A DNA stretch of 64,000 bases, from positions 32,001-96,000 of IMG/VR virus record IMGVR_UViG_3300028829_002760; one strand, 5' to 3'. The notes under the pieces were generated by a model, which was not told where the DNA came from, did no database searches, and saw only the letters and a program-made list of their open reading frames with translations. Numbering within the stretch: the first letter of the stretch is position 1; the number at the start of each line of letters is the position of its first letter. A program made the translations under genes and the position numbers. This DNA comes from a virus. Of this stretch, positions 27,689-38,211 are shown piece after piece.

Positions 27689-28666
27689 ATGATTTCAACA
27701 AAAATAATTATTAATGACCTTAATCAAATACCTAGAGAATGGGTGTTTGAATTTTATTTAAATCTTACTGAAAGACTTTCTGGTCAGAGTTTAAAGATTA
27801 AATCTGTATTTAGTAGTAAAGATAAAGTACCTTCTATGTGTATCTATATTGATAACAATGGAAGATATAAATTTAAAGATTTTTCATCAGGATATGGTGG
27901 GGACGGTTTAAATTTAGTTATGCATTTATTCAACCTAGAAAATAGAGGTAGAGCTTCTTTTAAGGTAATGGATGATTATAACGAGTATATTTCTAATAAT
28001 ACTTATGTACCTCTTGAATATAAACCTGAAAGTAAATATGCAATTTCTGATTATGAAATTAGACACTGGACAACATTAGATAAATCTTATTGGCAGATTT
28101 ATAAATTAAATTCTACTGTTTTAGGTAATTATAATGTTCATCCGTTGTCTTTCTATAAAATGATTAAAGAAGATGAAGGTAGAATATTAGACTCCTTTAG
28201 TATAAAAGGTAATTTTATTTATGGATATTTTAGAGAAGATGGTTCTTTATATAAGATCTATACTCCTAAAAATAAAGACAACAAGTTTATTAAAGTTTCT
28301 GATTATATACAAGGTAGTGATCAAATAAAATTTGATTTTAAATATCTTATAATACTTTCATCACTGAAAGATTTAATGTGTTTTAAATTATTGCAAATTG
28401 GTAATACTGAATGTATTGCTCCAGATAGTGAGAATAGTATAATCCCTACTAATTTTATGAAAACTTATTTAGATAAGTTTAGTAAAATTATTGTATTGTT
28501 TGATAATGATGAGCCTGGTATTAAATCAGCCAAAAAATATCAAAAACAATATAAGATAGATTATATAAATCTAGAATTATCAAAAGATCTTTCAGATTCT
28601 ATAAAAGATCATGGTATAGATAAAGTTAGATCAGAAGTATTTCAATTACTAAAAAATAAATTATGA
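27689..28666 (+). CDS. DNA primase (TOPRIM)
   Basis: FKDFSSGYGGD, SLKD, LFDNDEPG, KDLSD. Confidence 0.85.
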   Translation: MISTKIIINDLNQIPREWVFEFYLNLTERLSGQSLKIKSVFSSKDKVPSMCIYIDNNGRYKFKDFSSGYGGDGLNLVMHLFNLENRGRASFKVMDDYNEYISNNTYVPLEYKPESKYAISDYEIRHWTTLDKSYWQIYKLNSTVLGNYNVHPLSFYKMIKEDEGRILDSFSIKGNFIYGYFREDGSLYKIYTPKNKDNKFIKVSDYIQGSDQIKFDFKYLIILSSLKDLMCFKLLQIGNTECIAPDSENSIIPTNFMKTYLDKFSKIIVLFDNDEPGIKSAKKYQKQYKIDYINLELSKDLSDSIKDHGIDKVRSEVFQLLKNKL

Positions 28667-29091
28667 GTTGGTTGTATAAAGCAGTAGAATTTACTGATGA
28701 AATGATTCCTGAAGAAGCTATAGGTTTTGTATATGAGATGGAAGCAATTGTTGATGGTAAACCTGTACGTTATATAGGTAAAAAAAACTTTTTTAGTAAT
28801 AGAAAGAAAAAATTTGGTAAAAAGAAATTAGCTGCTGTTAAAGATAAACGTAGTAAAAAGTATGAAATAATTACCAAGTTAAGTTATCAAAACTATTATA
28901 GTAGTAATAAAGTTTTACAAGATGCACATAAAGCAGGAGTCCCGATAAAAAGATATATAGTAAGAATATGTTTTTCTAAAACAGAATTAACATATTATGA
29001 AACTAAATTTCAATTTCAAAGGGAAGTCTTAGAAAAAGAAGAATACCTAAATGGAAACATATTAGGTAAATTTTACAAATTTAAATCATAA
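28663..29091 (+). CDS. GIY-YIG-like nuclease-family protein
   Basis: GFVY...YIGKK...YYSS...E...N. Confidence 0.6.
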   Translation: MSWLYKAVEFTDEMIPEEAIGFVYEMEAIVDGKPVRYIGKKNFFSNRKKKFGKKKLAAVKDKRSKKYEIITKLSYQNYYSSNKVLQDAHKAGVPIKRYIVRICFSKTELTYYETKFQFQREVLEKEEYLNGNILGKFYKFKS

Positions 29092-29097
29092 AAAGTT

Positions 29098-29526
29098 ATG
29101 GAAAAAAAGGTTATAGAAGAAACAGATATTATGGCAATCCTATTTGAACTTCATCAAGCAGGTGTTACAGGAGTAAATATATATTATGAAGGTAGTGGGG
29201 ATAGTGGTTGTATTGAATCTGCAGTGTTTACAAAAAATAAATTAAGTGATGTTGAAGATACGGCATTTGATGAAATAACTCAAATAGATGCGTGGGATGG
29301 TGCAGGAAGTTTAGGTAAAGTATTTCCAGAGATATATGTAAAATTAGAAGAATTTGTTACTGATTGTATCTTAGATGATATTGAAGATTGGTGGAACAAT
29401 GATGGTGGGTATGGTACTTTATGTATAATAGTTCCTTCTGGTAAATATAAAGTATATAATAGTATACGTTATACTAAAACAGAAGACTATTACCATGAAG
29501 GTGAGCTACTTGAAAAAACAAACTAA
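29098..29526 (+). CDS. Acidic protein, DUF6878-like
   Basis: YEGSGDSG and NNDGGYG motifs, recognised from memory. Confidence 0.55.
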   Translation: MEKKVIEETDIMAILFELHQAGVTGVNIYYEGSGDSGCIESAVFTKNKLSDVEDTAFDEITQIDAWDGAGSLGKVFPEIYVKLEEFVTDCILDDIEDWWNNDGGYGTLCIIVPSGKYKVYNSIRYTKTEDYYHEGELLEKTN

Positions 29527-29528
29527 TT

Positions 29529-29870
29529 ATGGCACATCCTAACATACATGCTAAATCCTCTGTAAAAAAATGGGGTGGTAAACCTGAAGATTATATTCAT
29601 ATACACGAATGGTTTGATGCAACTAAAGCCTGGATAGGTCATAGTAAGCATAGAATGTTTAGACATCATTCAGAAGGTATATTTGAATGTGAAGAATATT
29701 TTGGTAAATCATTTACAAATTCAGATGGTAAAACTGTATATACAAGATATGTTGGGGAACAACATGTAAAAGAAGACTGTAATAACTACATACCTTCTGC
29801 AAAAGAATGGGTAGATAATATTAATGAACCTGTTAAATGGATGGTTAAAACACTAAAAATTGAAGATTAA
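29529..29870 (+). CDS. His-rich protein, DUF6915-like
   Basis: HP..HA.SS...WGG..EDY..IH.WFD..K...HR..RHH.EGI...EQHV.ED. Confidence 0.65.
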   Translation: MAHPNIHAKSSVKKWGGKPEDYIHIHEWFDATKAWIGHSKHRMFRHHSEGIFECEEYFGKSFTNSDGKTVYTRYVGEQHVKEDCNNYIPSAKEWVDNINEPVKWMVKTLKIED

Positions 29871-30262
29871 TGATTTTTGACAAAGAAGAAACAAGAAATA
29901 TTTTAAATATGTTAAGATCTCCAGATAAGGAGAATCATACAATTGCATTTGAAACATTAAAAAATGCTGATTTTAATAAATACATGGGAGAGTTAATTGT
30001 GATATACAAGTATAGTGGTCATTTACTTGAGTATTGGCAAGAAGGCTGTCTTGATGCATATAAAATTTTAATTAATACCGTACCTGATCATTCATTAACA
30101 AGTCCTAAAACGTTAAGTCTTGTTAAAGAAATGAAAGGTTCTTCTACTGCAGTAGAAGTTTTTATGGAATATTTTATTAAAGATATGACTAAAATGTTAC
30201 ATGCAATTGGATATCCAACTGATGCGTTTGAAGTTAATATAAAATTAAAAGAAAATGAATAA
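29870..30262 (+). CDS. Hypothetical protein
   Basis: Overlap-coupled ORF. Confidence 0.65.
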   Translation: MIFDKEETRNILNMLRSPDKENHTIAFETLKNADFNKYMGELIVIYKYSGHLLEYWQEGCLDAYKILINTVPDHSLTSPKTLSLVKEMKGSSTAVEVFMEYFIKDMTKMLHAIGYPTDAFEVNIKLKENE

Positions 30263-31436
30263 ACAAAGAAGTTTAAGTAAAGTTAGTAAAGATTTAATGC
30301 TTAAAGAACCTTATTATGGGTTCTTTCTTATTATGCTTAATAAAGTATGGAGTAATAATCTTCCTACAGCAGGTGTAAGTAAACAAAATATAAATTTTCA
30401 ACTTGCAATTAACCCTGAATTTTGGGAAAGTTTATCTGAAAATCATATGATGGGTTTATTAAAACATGAACTACTTCATATTGCTTTTAATCATCTTACT
30501 ACATTTAGTATGTTTCAAGATAAAAAACTTGCTAATATAGCAATGGACATGGAGATCAATCAATATATTGATAAAGACTATTTACCTGAAGGTGGTATTG
30601 ATATAGATACTTATTCACCTGAATTAGATCTTGATAGACGTGCTGGTAGTAGATATTATTATGATAAACTAAAACAATTCCAAGATAAAAAAGATCAAAA
30701 TGGTAGTTGTGGTTGTGAAGATATGGATGGTTTATTAGATGATGTAAAAAATGGTAAAGGTCCTGATCATAGTACTTGGGAAGAATTTGAAGACTTACCA
30801 GAAGCTGAGAAAAAGTTAATTGAAAAACAATTACAAAAAGTTCTTAGTGATGCTAAAGAACAAACTATTAAAAAACAAGGCAATATTCCAGGTGAAATGC
30901 AAGGTAGAATTATTGTAGAAGAAATAATTCCACCCAAATTTGATTGGAGAGGGTTTATTAGGAGGTTTACAGGTGTAAGTACCAAAGTTTTTACTAAAAA
31001 GATTAGAAGAAAAGAGAATCGTAGATTTGACGATAATCCTGGTCTTAAAGTAAAAATGAGACAGCATATGTTATTAGGTATTGATACTTCAGGATCTGTA
31101 AGTAATAATGAACTTAAAGAATTTATGAATGAAATTCATCATATTTATAAATGTGGTGTGGACATAACCATAGTTCAATGCGATACTCAAATTAAATCAA
31201 TTGAACCTTACAAAGGTAAAAATGATTTAGAAGTATTAGGTAGAGGAGGGACTTATTTTGACCCTGTTTTAGAATATTTTAATGCTAATCTAGGCAAGTA
31301 TACAAGTCTTGTATATTTTACTGATGGTGAAGCAACTGCATATGTAAAACCTAGAGGTCATGTGTTATGGGTTCTATCCGAGCAATCTTATTTAAATGAA
31401 GATTTACCAGGTAAAGTAATAAAATTAGAATTATGA
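30255..31436 (+). CDS. Metallopeptidase-like plus vWA domain protein (DUF2201-type)
   Basis: HELLH zincin motif; MIDAS DTSGS...GGT...FTDG. Confidence 0.85.
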   Translation: MNKQRSLSKVSKDLMLKEPYYGFFLIMLNKVWSNNLPTAGVSKQNINFQLAINPEFWESLSENHMMGLLKHELLHIAFNHLTTFSMFQDKKLANIAMDMEINQYIDKDYLPEGGIDIDTYSPELDLDRRAGSRYYYDKLKQFQDKKDQNGSCGCEDMDGLLDDVKNGKGPDHSTWEEFEDLPEAEKKLIEKQLQKVLSDAKEQTIKKQGNIPGEMQGRIIVEEIIPPKFDWRGFIRRFTGVSTKVFTKKIRRKENRRFDDNPGLKVKMRQHMLLGIDTSGSVSNNELKEFMNEIHHIYKCGVDITIVQCDTQIKSIEPYKGKNDLEVLGRGGTYFDPVLEYFNANLGKYTSLVYFTDGEATAYVKPRGHVLWVLSEQSYLNEDLPGKVIKLEL

Positions 31437-31621
31437 TTTGTTGTATATGTGATAATGAATTTGACCAATATGAAGAAACAACTATTGGTCAAATGACAGT
31501 TAGAAATAAAGGTGGACATAATCCTTCTCCTGTTAAAGAAGAAGGAAGATGTTGCACAAAATGTAATTTTGAAGTAGTCATTCCAAAAAGACTAGAAGTA
31601 ATAACTAATACAGAAAAATAA
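31433..31621 (+). CDS. Small Cys-rich Zn-binding protein
   Basis: CCIC...GHNPSP...CCTKCN. Confidence 0.6.
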   Translation: MICCICDNEFDQYEETTIGQMTVRNKGGHNPSPVKEEGRCCTKCNFEVVIPKRLEVITNTEK

Positions 31622-31625
31622 TAAA

Positions 31626-32798
31626 ATGAGTGATCAAACACAATTAAACGTAGGAGAATTAAAAGACTTTATTAAACACATGGTTAAGAATAACCAGCAA
31701 ATACAAGCTGAAGGTAAAGTTCCTGTAGCTATTAATATTGAAGGTGATGCGGGTCTTGGTAAGACTTCTGCTATTATGCAACTTGGTAATGAATTAGAAA
31801 TGCAAGTTGTAAAGTTGAATTTATCACAGTTAGAAGAATTAGGTGACCTTGTTGGTTTTCCTGTAAAAGAATTTCAAATTCAAAATAAAGAAGGTCAAAC
31901 TACTTGGATCAATGAATCTCAAATAAATGCGGCAAGTACAAAAGGTTACAAAGTAATTAGTAAAAGAATGTCTCATGCAGCACCTGAATGGATTGAAGGT
32001 AAAGGTGAAGGTGGGTTTTTAATTCTTGATGATTATACTCGTGCTGATGCAAGATTTATGCAAGCAACTATGGAAATCTTAGATAGACAAGAATATGTCT
32101 CTTGGAAACTTCCAAAGAACTGGCATGTAATCTTAACTACTAATCCAGATAACGGAGACTATAATGTAACAAGTCTTGATGTAGCTCAGAAGACTAGATT
32201 TATATCTGTAGAGTTAAAATATGATGCTGAAATTTGGGCTAAGTGGGCAGAGCATGCAAGTATTGATGGTAGATGTATAAACTTTATGTTAATGCATCCA
32301 GAATTAGTTACTCAAAGAGTAAATCCAAGATCTATTACTACATTTTTTAATGCAATTAGTTCTGTTGGGAAGTTTGATGAAGAACTCCCTCTTATTCAAA
32401 TGATCGGTGAAGGTTCTGTTGGTGTTGATTTTAGTTCAATCTTTACTAGCTTTATTAATAATAAGCTAGATAAGATTATTGGTCCTAAAGACATCCTGGA
32501 AAAAGATGAACAATATGTATTAAATACATTAGTATCTGCTGTGGGTAAAGATGATGCATTTAGAGCTGATATTTCTAGTGTTATTGCTACCCGTGTAATT
32601 AACTATTCTTTAACTTTAGCTGAGAAAGGTTCAATAGGAAAAGACGTAATTGATAGATTAGCATTACTTTCTACAGAATCTGAGTCTTTTACAGATGATC
32701 TAAAATACTATATGATTAAAGAAATAGTAAACGGAAACAAATCTAAATTCCAGAAATTGATGATGAATCAAAAGGTGGTGAAGATGGCTGTAAAGTAA
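31626..32798 (+). CDS. MoxR-like AAA+ ATPase
   Basis: GDAGLGKT, LILDDYTRA, TTNP, TRF, NPRS; next to the vWA gene. Confidence 0.85.
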   Translation: MSDQTQLNVGELKDFIKHMVKNNQQIQAEGKVPVAINIEGDAGLGKTSAIMQLGNELEMQVVKLNLSQLEELGDLVGFPVKEFQIQNKEGQTTWINESQINAASTKGYKVISKRMSHAAPEWIEGKGEGGFLILDDYTRADARFMQATMEILDRQEYVSWKLPKNWHVILTTNPDNGDYNVTSLDVAQKTRFISVELKYDAEIWAKWAEHASIDGRCINFMLMHPELVTQRVNPRSITTFFNAISSVGKFDEELPLIQMIGEGSVGVDFSSIFTSFINNKLDKIIGPKDILEKDEQYVLNTLVSAVGKDDAFRADISSVIATRVINYSLTLAEKGSIGKDVIDRLALLSTESESFTDDLKYYMIKEIVNGNKSKFQKLMMNQKVVKMAVK

Positions 32799-32853
32799 AT
32801 CAACCATAGAAGGTTACCACTTTAAAGAATCAAAATTATAATTAAAAACTAAG

Positions 32854-32882
32854 ATAAAGGGGGGTAATTCCCCCTTTATTTA
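32854..32882 (+). terminator. Intrinsic terminator
   Basis: ATAAAGGGGG/CCCCCTTTAT. Confidence 0.65.
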
Positions 32883-32895
32883 TTAATAAATAAAA

Positions 32896-34212
32896 ATGAC
32901 AAAAGCTTTTAAATTATCTATATCATGTGATTCAGATCTTAACTCTGTTGATTGGATTGAATGTAACACATTTATTATTGAGGATGATAATAAAAACATA
33001 CTCGATATATCTGAAAAAGAATATATTCCTACAAAAGGAGACAAGTTTTATTTCTTACCTGGTGTAAGTATACCAAGAGTAAAACTGAAGGATTTAACAA
33101 AGGATTATGGTATAAAAAGTACCAGATTATTAAAAGATGCAACGCATATATTTGCAGGTAGAAGTACTACAAATAAAGTTTGTGAAAGACTATGGTCATA
33201 TAGAATACCTACATCAGCAATTGAAATGTTATACAATCATCTAAAAGAAAAAGAACTTGATAAGTATTACTTAGAAAAACTTGAAACTGCATTATTATAT
33301 AATGAACATGACTTTGTATATATAGATTATAGTGTAGCTGGAATATTTAGAAATAATCAAACTGAAATTTTTGAAACGATTCGTGAAACACCAGAAATAT
33401 TGAATCTTTTAAAAGGTAGTGATTACATAACTACAATAGACTCTGATTATGTAGAAGATTTACTTGAAATAGAATCTTTGCAAATACCTATTCTAGATGA
33501 ATCAGAACTATTAAAACATATAAATGGTGAAGATGCTACTACTATAGATGAGGATGTGTATTCACAACTTAAAACTATGTTTGATAGTAGTGATACTGAT
33601 AATCATATATTAGCAATGGAAATTCTAGCAAATTCAAATTACATAGATAGTTTGATGTATATAGAAATGTTATTTAAAACTCATGCGTTTTGTATGGAAG
33701 GATCTAGAACTAAAAATCATGTGAATTTTAAAGGTTTATTAGCATTTTTAGGTAAAGATAGAAGTAATATGAGTACATCAATAGATGACATCGTAAATTC
33801 TTTACGTCTTAATAATGTATTAACTATAGATAAGTTAAAGTATTTATTAAATGAATATTCTGATGAAATATCTAACGGGGGTAGTACAGAGGTGTTTAAA
33901 ATTAAAACAATAACTGTTAATGAAGATATACTAAAAGAAATAGATCATAATTTTAAGTATAAATTAATTGATGATTATGTTTCTGAAAATAGTGCTGAAT
34001 TATTTGATGAAAATGCAGAGTATCATAAACTTCAGCCTGAAAATGAAGATGAGATCCTAGAAGAGGTAATTGAAAATAACACTAATGAAGATACTATAGA
34101 TCCATTAGACGTTAATCAAGATACAGTAGACATAATAGAAGTTAATGAAATTACAGGACCGTCCCTGGAAACAAATACAAATAATGATGAACAAAACTTT
34201 GATTGGTTCTGA
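32896..34212 (+). CDS. Hypothetical protein with acidic tail
   Basis: 438-aa ORF. Confidence 0.7.
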   Translation: MTKAFKLSISCDSDLNSVDWIECNTFIIEDDNKNILDISEKEYIPTKGDKFYFLPGVSIPRVKLKDLTKDYGIKSTRLLKDATHIFAGRSTTNKVCERLWSYRIPTSAIEMLYNHLKEKELDKYYLEKLETALLYNEHDFVYIDYSVAGIFRNNQTEIFETIRETPEILNLLKGSDYITTIDSDYVEDLLEIESLQIPILDESELLKHINGEDATTIDEDVYSQLKTMFDSSDTDNHILAMEILANSNYIDSLMYIEMLFKTHAFCMEGSRTKNHVNFKGLLAFLGKDRSNMSTSIDDIVNSLRLNNVLTIDKLKYLLNEYSDEISNGGSTEVFKIKTITVNEDILKEIDHNFKYKLIDDYVSENSAELFDENAEYHKLQPENEDEILEEVIENNTNEDTIDPLDVNQDTVDIIEVNEITGPSLETNTNNDEQNFDWF

Positions 34213-35221
34213 AGAGCTCGACAAGTTCTATAAAGATAAATTTTATTTTAGTTATAGTGGTTTAAATAAACTACTATACTCCCCTACATTGTTTTATACT
34301 CATTATATACTCAGAGAAAGAGAAGATAGTGTTGACCCCCACCTCGTAGGAGGTAGGGTCTTACACTGTTTACTATTTGAGCCTGATAAATATGATGAAA
34401 ACTTTATTTCCTTAAATGGAAAACTGCCAACTGATAGCCAAAGAAAAATTATTGATAATATTTTTAGAAATTACTTAAATATTGAAAATAATTATTTACT
34501 TTTGGAAGACTACTCACAAGATATACTTACAGAATTACTTTACGCAAATCTTTATCAATCATTAAAAGATACCAAAGATGGTACTGGTGATGAGAAACGT
34601 TTAAAAAAGATTCTTACACAAGAAAATAAAGAATACTTTAAATTTCTTATAAATAGTCAAGGTAAAACTATAGTAGATCAGCCAACTTTAGATAGTTCTA
34701 AAGAACGGGTTGAGATACTAAAAAATAATAGTGATGTAAGAGCATTACTACAACTTGACAAAACTACAGAAGATACTCATATAGAAGTTTATAATGAACT
34801 ATTTCATAAAATGGATCACGAAAAGTTACCTTTTGGTTTACACGGTGTTCTAGATAATGTTGTAGTTGACTCAGATTCTAAGACAATATTTATTAATGAC
34901 TTAAAAACAACTGGTAAATCAATTGGAGATTTTGCTGATGCTGTTGAATATTACAAATATTGGATACAAGGTGCTATATATTTTATATTAGCAGGCAACA
35001 AATTTTTAAAAGATTTACCAAACCCTGACACTTGGAATATACAGGTTACGTTTATTGTAATAGATAAATATAATTTAGTGTACCCTTTTCAAGTTTCAGA
35101 AGAAACTATGAGTGTATGGAATACAAATTTTCTTGAAATTATTAATATTGCCACATGGCATTATGATAACAAAAGATATGATCTTCCATATGAATTAGCA
35201 AAAGGTAACTTTAAATTGTAA
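34184..35221 (+). CDS. PD-(D/E)xK exonuclease (RecB/Cas4-like fold)
   Basis: FSYSGL, G...H, GVLD...INDLKTT, YWIQGAIY. Confidence 0.8.
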   Translation: MMNKTLIGSEELDKFYKDKFYFSYSGLNKLLYSPTLFYTHYILREREDSVDPHLVGGRVLHCLLFEPDKYDENFISLNGKLPTDSQRKIIDNIFRNYLNIENNYLLLEDYSQDILTELLYANLYQSLKDTKDGTGDEKRLKKILTQENKEYFKFLINSQGKTIVDQPTLDSSKERVEILKNNSDVRALLQLDKTTEDTHIEVYNELFHKMDHEKLPFGLHGVLDNVVVDSDSKTIFINDLKTTGKSIGDFADAVEYYKYWIQGAIYFILAGNKFLKDLPNPDTWNIQVTFIVIDKYNLVYPFQVSEETMSVWNTNFLEIINIATWHYDNKRYDLPYELAKGNFKL

Positions 35222-35229
35222 AATAAACT

Positions 35230-35826
35230 ATGGCTTTAACTTCTATTTATAGTAAATACTTTCAAAAGTCAAAAGTGTTTTTATATCCACTTTTAGGCAT
35301 TAAACGAGGTTTAAGTGTTGTTCCCAAAGAAACATATATAGCTTGGGAAGGGCACTACAAACCTGAAGATATGAAACTAATATGTGTTTATGATTATAGA
35401 AAAGATGAAGAATATCAAAAGATTGAAAAGAATCTTCTTTTAGAACACAATAGATTATCTGATTATAAAAGAGTTAAAAAAGAAGCTATTATTGTATTTG
35501 ATTTTTCTGATTTAGATGACAACTGGTTTCATTTTATAAATGGTAAGTTTAGTCAGATAGAAATAAAAGTCAAACAGAAAATTTTAGGATTTTTTGATGT
35601 ACATGGTGGAAATTATGCTTATATGCATAGTTATTTAATACCTGAAAAATATTATGATAATTATTCAGAAATTTTAGGTATAGACACTGAAGTATTAAAA
35701 GAAGTTGTAGAATTATGTGACAAACCAAACATTAATAAGGAAACATTGATTTTAGATATTGCTGATTTAAATAACATACAAGAAAATAATTTGTTAAATT
35801 TGACAAAACCAAAAGAAAATGAGTAA
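35230..35826 (+). CDS. Hypothetical protein
   Basis: 198-aa ORF. Confidence 0.65.
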   Translation: MALTSIYSKYFQKSKVFLYPLLGIKRGLSVVPKETYIAWEGHYKPEDMKLICVYDYRKDEEYQKIEKNLLLEHNRLSDYKRVKKEAIIVFDFSDLDDNWFHFINGKFSQIEIKVKQKILGFFDVHGGNYAYMHSYLIPEKYYDNYSEILGIDTEVLKEVVELCDKPNINKETLILDIADLNNIQENNLLNLTKPKENE

Positions 35827-36184
35827 ATCAATGATGCTAGTAAAATCATCTTGGCAAGATGATGAGACATTTAAACTAATGCCTATCACCGAATCATGTC
35901 CATATGTAGAATGTATTTTTGATCCACAATCAAAAGTTTTTGTGGTAATATCAAAAATTGTAAAGTCAAGTCTACACATGCTACCTAAGTTAGATGATTA
36001 TGGTCAACCAATGAGTGGTGCAAAAGGCGGCAAACAAACAAGAAATAAAATAGATGTATTTCAAGAATTTTATATTGGAGATACAGAAGCAATAGAAGAA
36101 ATAATTAATTTATTTGCAATAAATTCAGAAAAATTTGATTATAAGTCTTTTATGAAAAAAAAGAAAATAACAGAAAAAAAGTAA
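35819..36184 (+). CDS. Hypothetical protein
   Basis: ORF preceded by TAAATTTG (-7-like, 35795-35802). Confidence 0.65.
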   Translation: MSKSMMLVKSSWQDDETFKLMPITESCPYVECIFDPQSKVFVVISKIVKSSLHMLPKLDDYGQPMSGAKGGKQTRNKIDVFQEFYIGDTEAIEEIINLFAINSEKFDYKSFMKKKKITEKK

Positions 36185-36202
36185 CTATTTACAGATATAG
36201 TG

Positions 36203-36237
36203 AAAGAGAGGGTAAATTACATACCCTCTCTTTTTTT
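36203..36237 (+). terminator. Intrinsic terminator
   Basis: AAAGAGAGGGTA/TACCCTCTCTTT plus T7. Confidence 0.75.
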
Positions 36238-36275
36238 CACTAAAATTGGGGGAACAGCTTAACTGAACAAATCTT

Positions 36276-38210
36276 ATGAGAACACATTGGGTAATGGACT
36301 ATGAAACTATGGCCAATTTATATGTAGCCGTGTTTCAAGATTATGTTTCTAACGAAACACACATTTTCAAAATACATTCTTCTTTATATAACGATATCAA
36401 ACCTTTAATAAAGTTTCTTAAAAGAAATAAAAGTCTTAAAGAGAAACATATATCTTTTAATGGATTATCATTTGACTCTCAGATAACTGAGTTTATTATG
36501 AGAAATTCTAATAGATTAATTAAAATGGATCAAGCAGATATTGTTGATGAGATTTATGCAACTGCACAAGAAACAATAGAACTAAGTAATAGTGGTGAGT
36601 TTTCTAAGTATCCTGAATGGAAATTAAGTATTGATCAAATTGACGTATTTAAAATTAATCACTGGGATAACCGTAATAAAAGAACAAGTTTAAAATGGAC
36701 TCAGTTTAGTATGGATTGGCCCAACTTACAAGACATGCCAATTCATCATACTACTAAAGTGACTACTATTGAAGAGATAGATATGATTACTGACTATTGT
36801 ATAAATGATGTAGAATCAACTAAAAAGATTTTACATTTATCTAAACCCCTAATTAATGTAAGAAGAAAAATTAAAGAAAAGTATGGTCTTGAATGTATGA
36901 ATTTTTCTAATACTAAACTTGGATCACAATTATTATTAGGACTTTATTGTAATGCAACAGAACGTGAGAAAAGAGAAGTAAAAGATTTAAGGACATATAG
37001 AAATGGCATTCCTATAAAAGATATTTTATTTGATTATATATCATTTCAAACTGCACCTTTTCAAACTTTTCTAGAAAAATTAAAAAATAAAACAATTTAC
37101 AATACTAAAAGTGACTTTAAATTTAAACTTAAATTCAAAGGATATGATTTTTATTATGGTGCGGGTGGTATTCACCAATGCATTAAACCAGATAAATACC
37201 TTGCTGAAGGTGATATTATAATTAAAGACTTAGATGTTGCATCACTATATCCTAGTATTGCTTGTATGAATAACATGTCTCCTGCTCATTTAGGAGATGA
37301 GTTTTTTCAAGTTTATAAAAAAGATATTGTTGATGTCAGACTTGCAGAAAAACAAAAATCTAAAGAAGACAGAGATGTTGCTATTATTGAAGGATTTAAA
37401 GAAGCCGCTAATGCATCTTATGGTAATAGTAATAGTGAATATTCTTGGTTATTTGATCCTCAATATACTATGCAAACAACCATTAATGGTCAGTTGTTAT
37501 TAAGTATGCTTGTTGAAGATATACTAATTAACATACCTGACTCAGTATTATTACAAACTAATACTGATGGTGCAACTTTCCAGTTTGATAAAAAATATAT
37601 AGACAAATACAATCAGATTTGTAAATTATGGGAAGAGAAAACTAAATTAGTTCTTGAGTTTGCAGATTATTCTGCAATGTATATCTGGGATGTAAATAAT
37701 TATATTAGTGTTTATACTAATGGAAATACCAAATGTAAAGGTAGATTTGAGTGGGAAGATTTACAAAATCATAAATACACTCACTTACATAAAAATAAAA
37801 GTCATCTAGTTGTAGCAAAAGCTATTTATAATTATTTTGTAAATGGACTTGATCCTGAAACTTATGTAAAAAAACACAATAATATTTATGATTTTTGCGC
37901 AGGTGTTAAAATTAAAGGAAACTGGACATTTTATAGATCTGCAATTGAAGAAAATAAACATGTATATGAATCTCTACAAAAAACTCTGAGGTATTATGTA
38001 TCCAATAAAGGTTCTAAAATCTTAAAAATTAATAATAGTGATAAAAGAGAAATACAAGTAGAAGCGGGAAGATGGCAACAAACTATTTTTAATAATTACA
38101 TAGAAAAGCCATTTGAAGAATATGATATAAATTATGATTATTATCTAGGAAATATAAAGAAAGAAATAGAAATCCTAGAACCTATATTTAAGCAATTAAA
38201 ATTATTTTAA
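36276..38210 (+). CDS. Family B DNA polymerase
   Basis: Exonuclease DYE, FNG..FD, Y..ND; polymerase DVASLYPS, K...N..YG, NTDG, KG. Confidence 0.92.
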   Translation: MRTHWVMDYETMANLYVAVFQDYVSNETHIFKIHSSLYNDIKPLIKFLKRNKSLKEKHISFNGLSFDSQITEFIMRNSNRLIKMDQADIVDEIYATAQETIELSNSGEFSKYPEWKLSIDQIDVFKINHWDNRNKRTSLKWTQFSMDWPNLQDMPIHHTTKVTTIEEIDMITDYCINDVESTKKILHLSKPLINVRRKIKEKYGLECMNFSNTKLGSQLLLGLYCNATEREKREVKDLRTYRNGIPIKDILFDYISFQTAPFQTFLEKLKNKTIYNTKSDFKFKLKFKGYDFYYGAGGIHQCIKPDKYLAEGDIIIKDLDVASLYPSIACMNNMSPAHLGDEFFQVYKKDIVDVRLAEKQKSKEDRDVAIIEGFKEAANASYGNSNSEYSWLFDPQYTMQTTINGQLLLSMLVEDILINIPDSVLLQTNTDGATFQFDKKYIDKYNQICKLWEEKTKLVLEFADYSAMYIWDVNNYISVYTNGNTKCKGRFEWEDLQNHKYTHLHKNKSHLVVAKAIYNYFVNGLDPETYVKKHNNIYDFCAGVKIKGNWTFYRSAIEENKHVYESLQKTLRYYVSNKGSKILKINNSDKREIQVEAGRWQQTIFNNYIEKPFEEYDINYDYYLGNIKKEIEILEPIFKQLKLF

Positions 38211-38211
38211 C

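Noticed and set aside
34184-35221. Cas4 as evidence of a CRISPR system
   Set aside because: Stand-alone PD-(D/E)xK nuclease without an Fe-S cysteine cluster; common in phage replication modules
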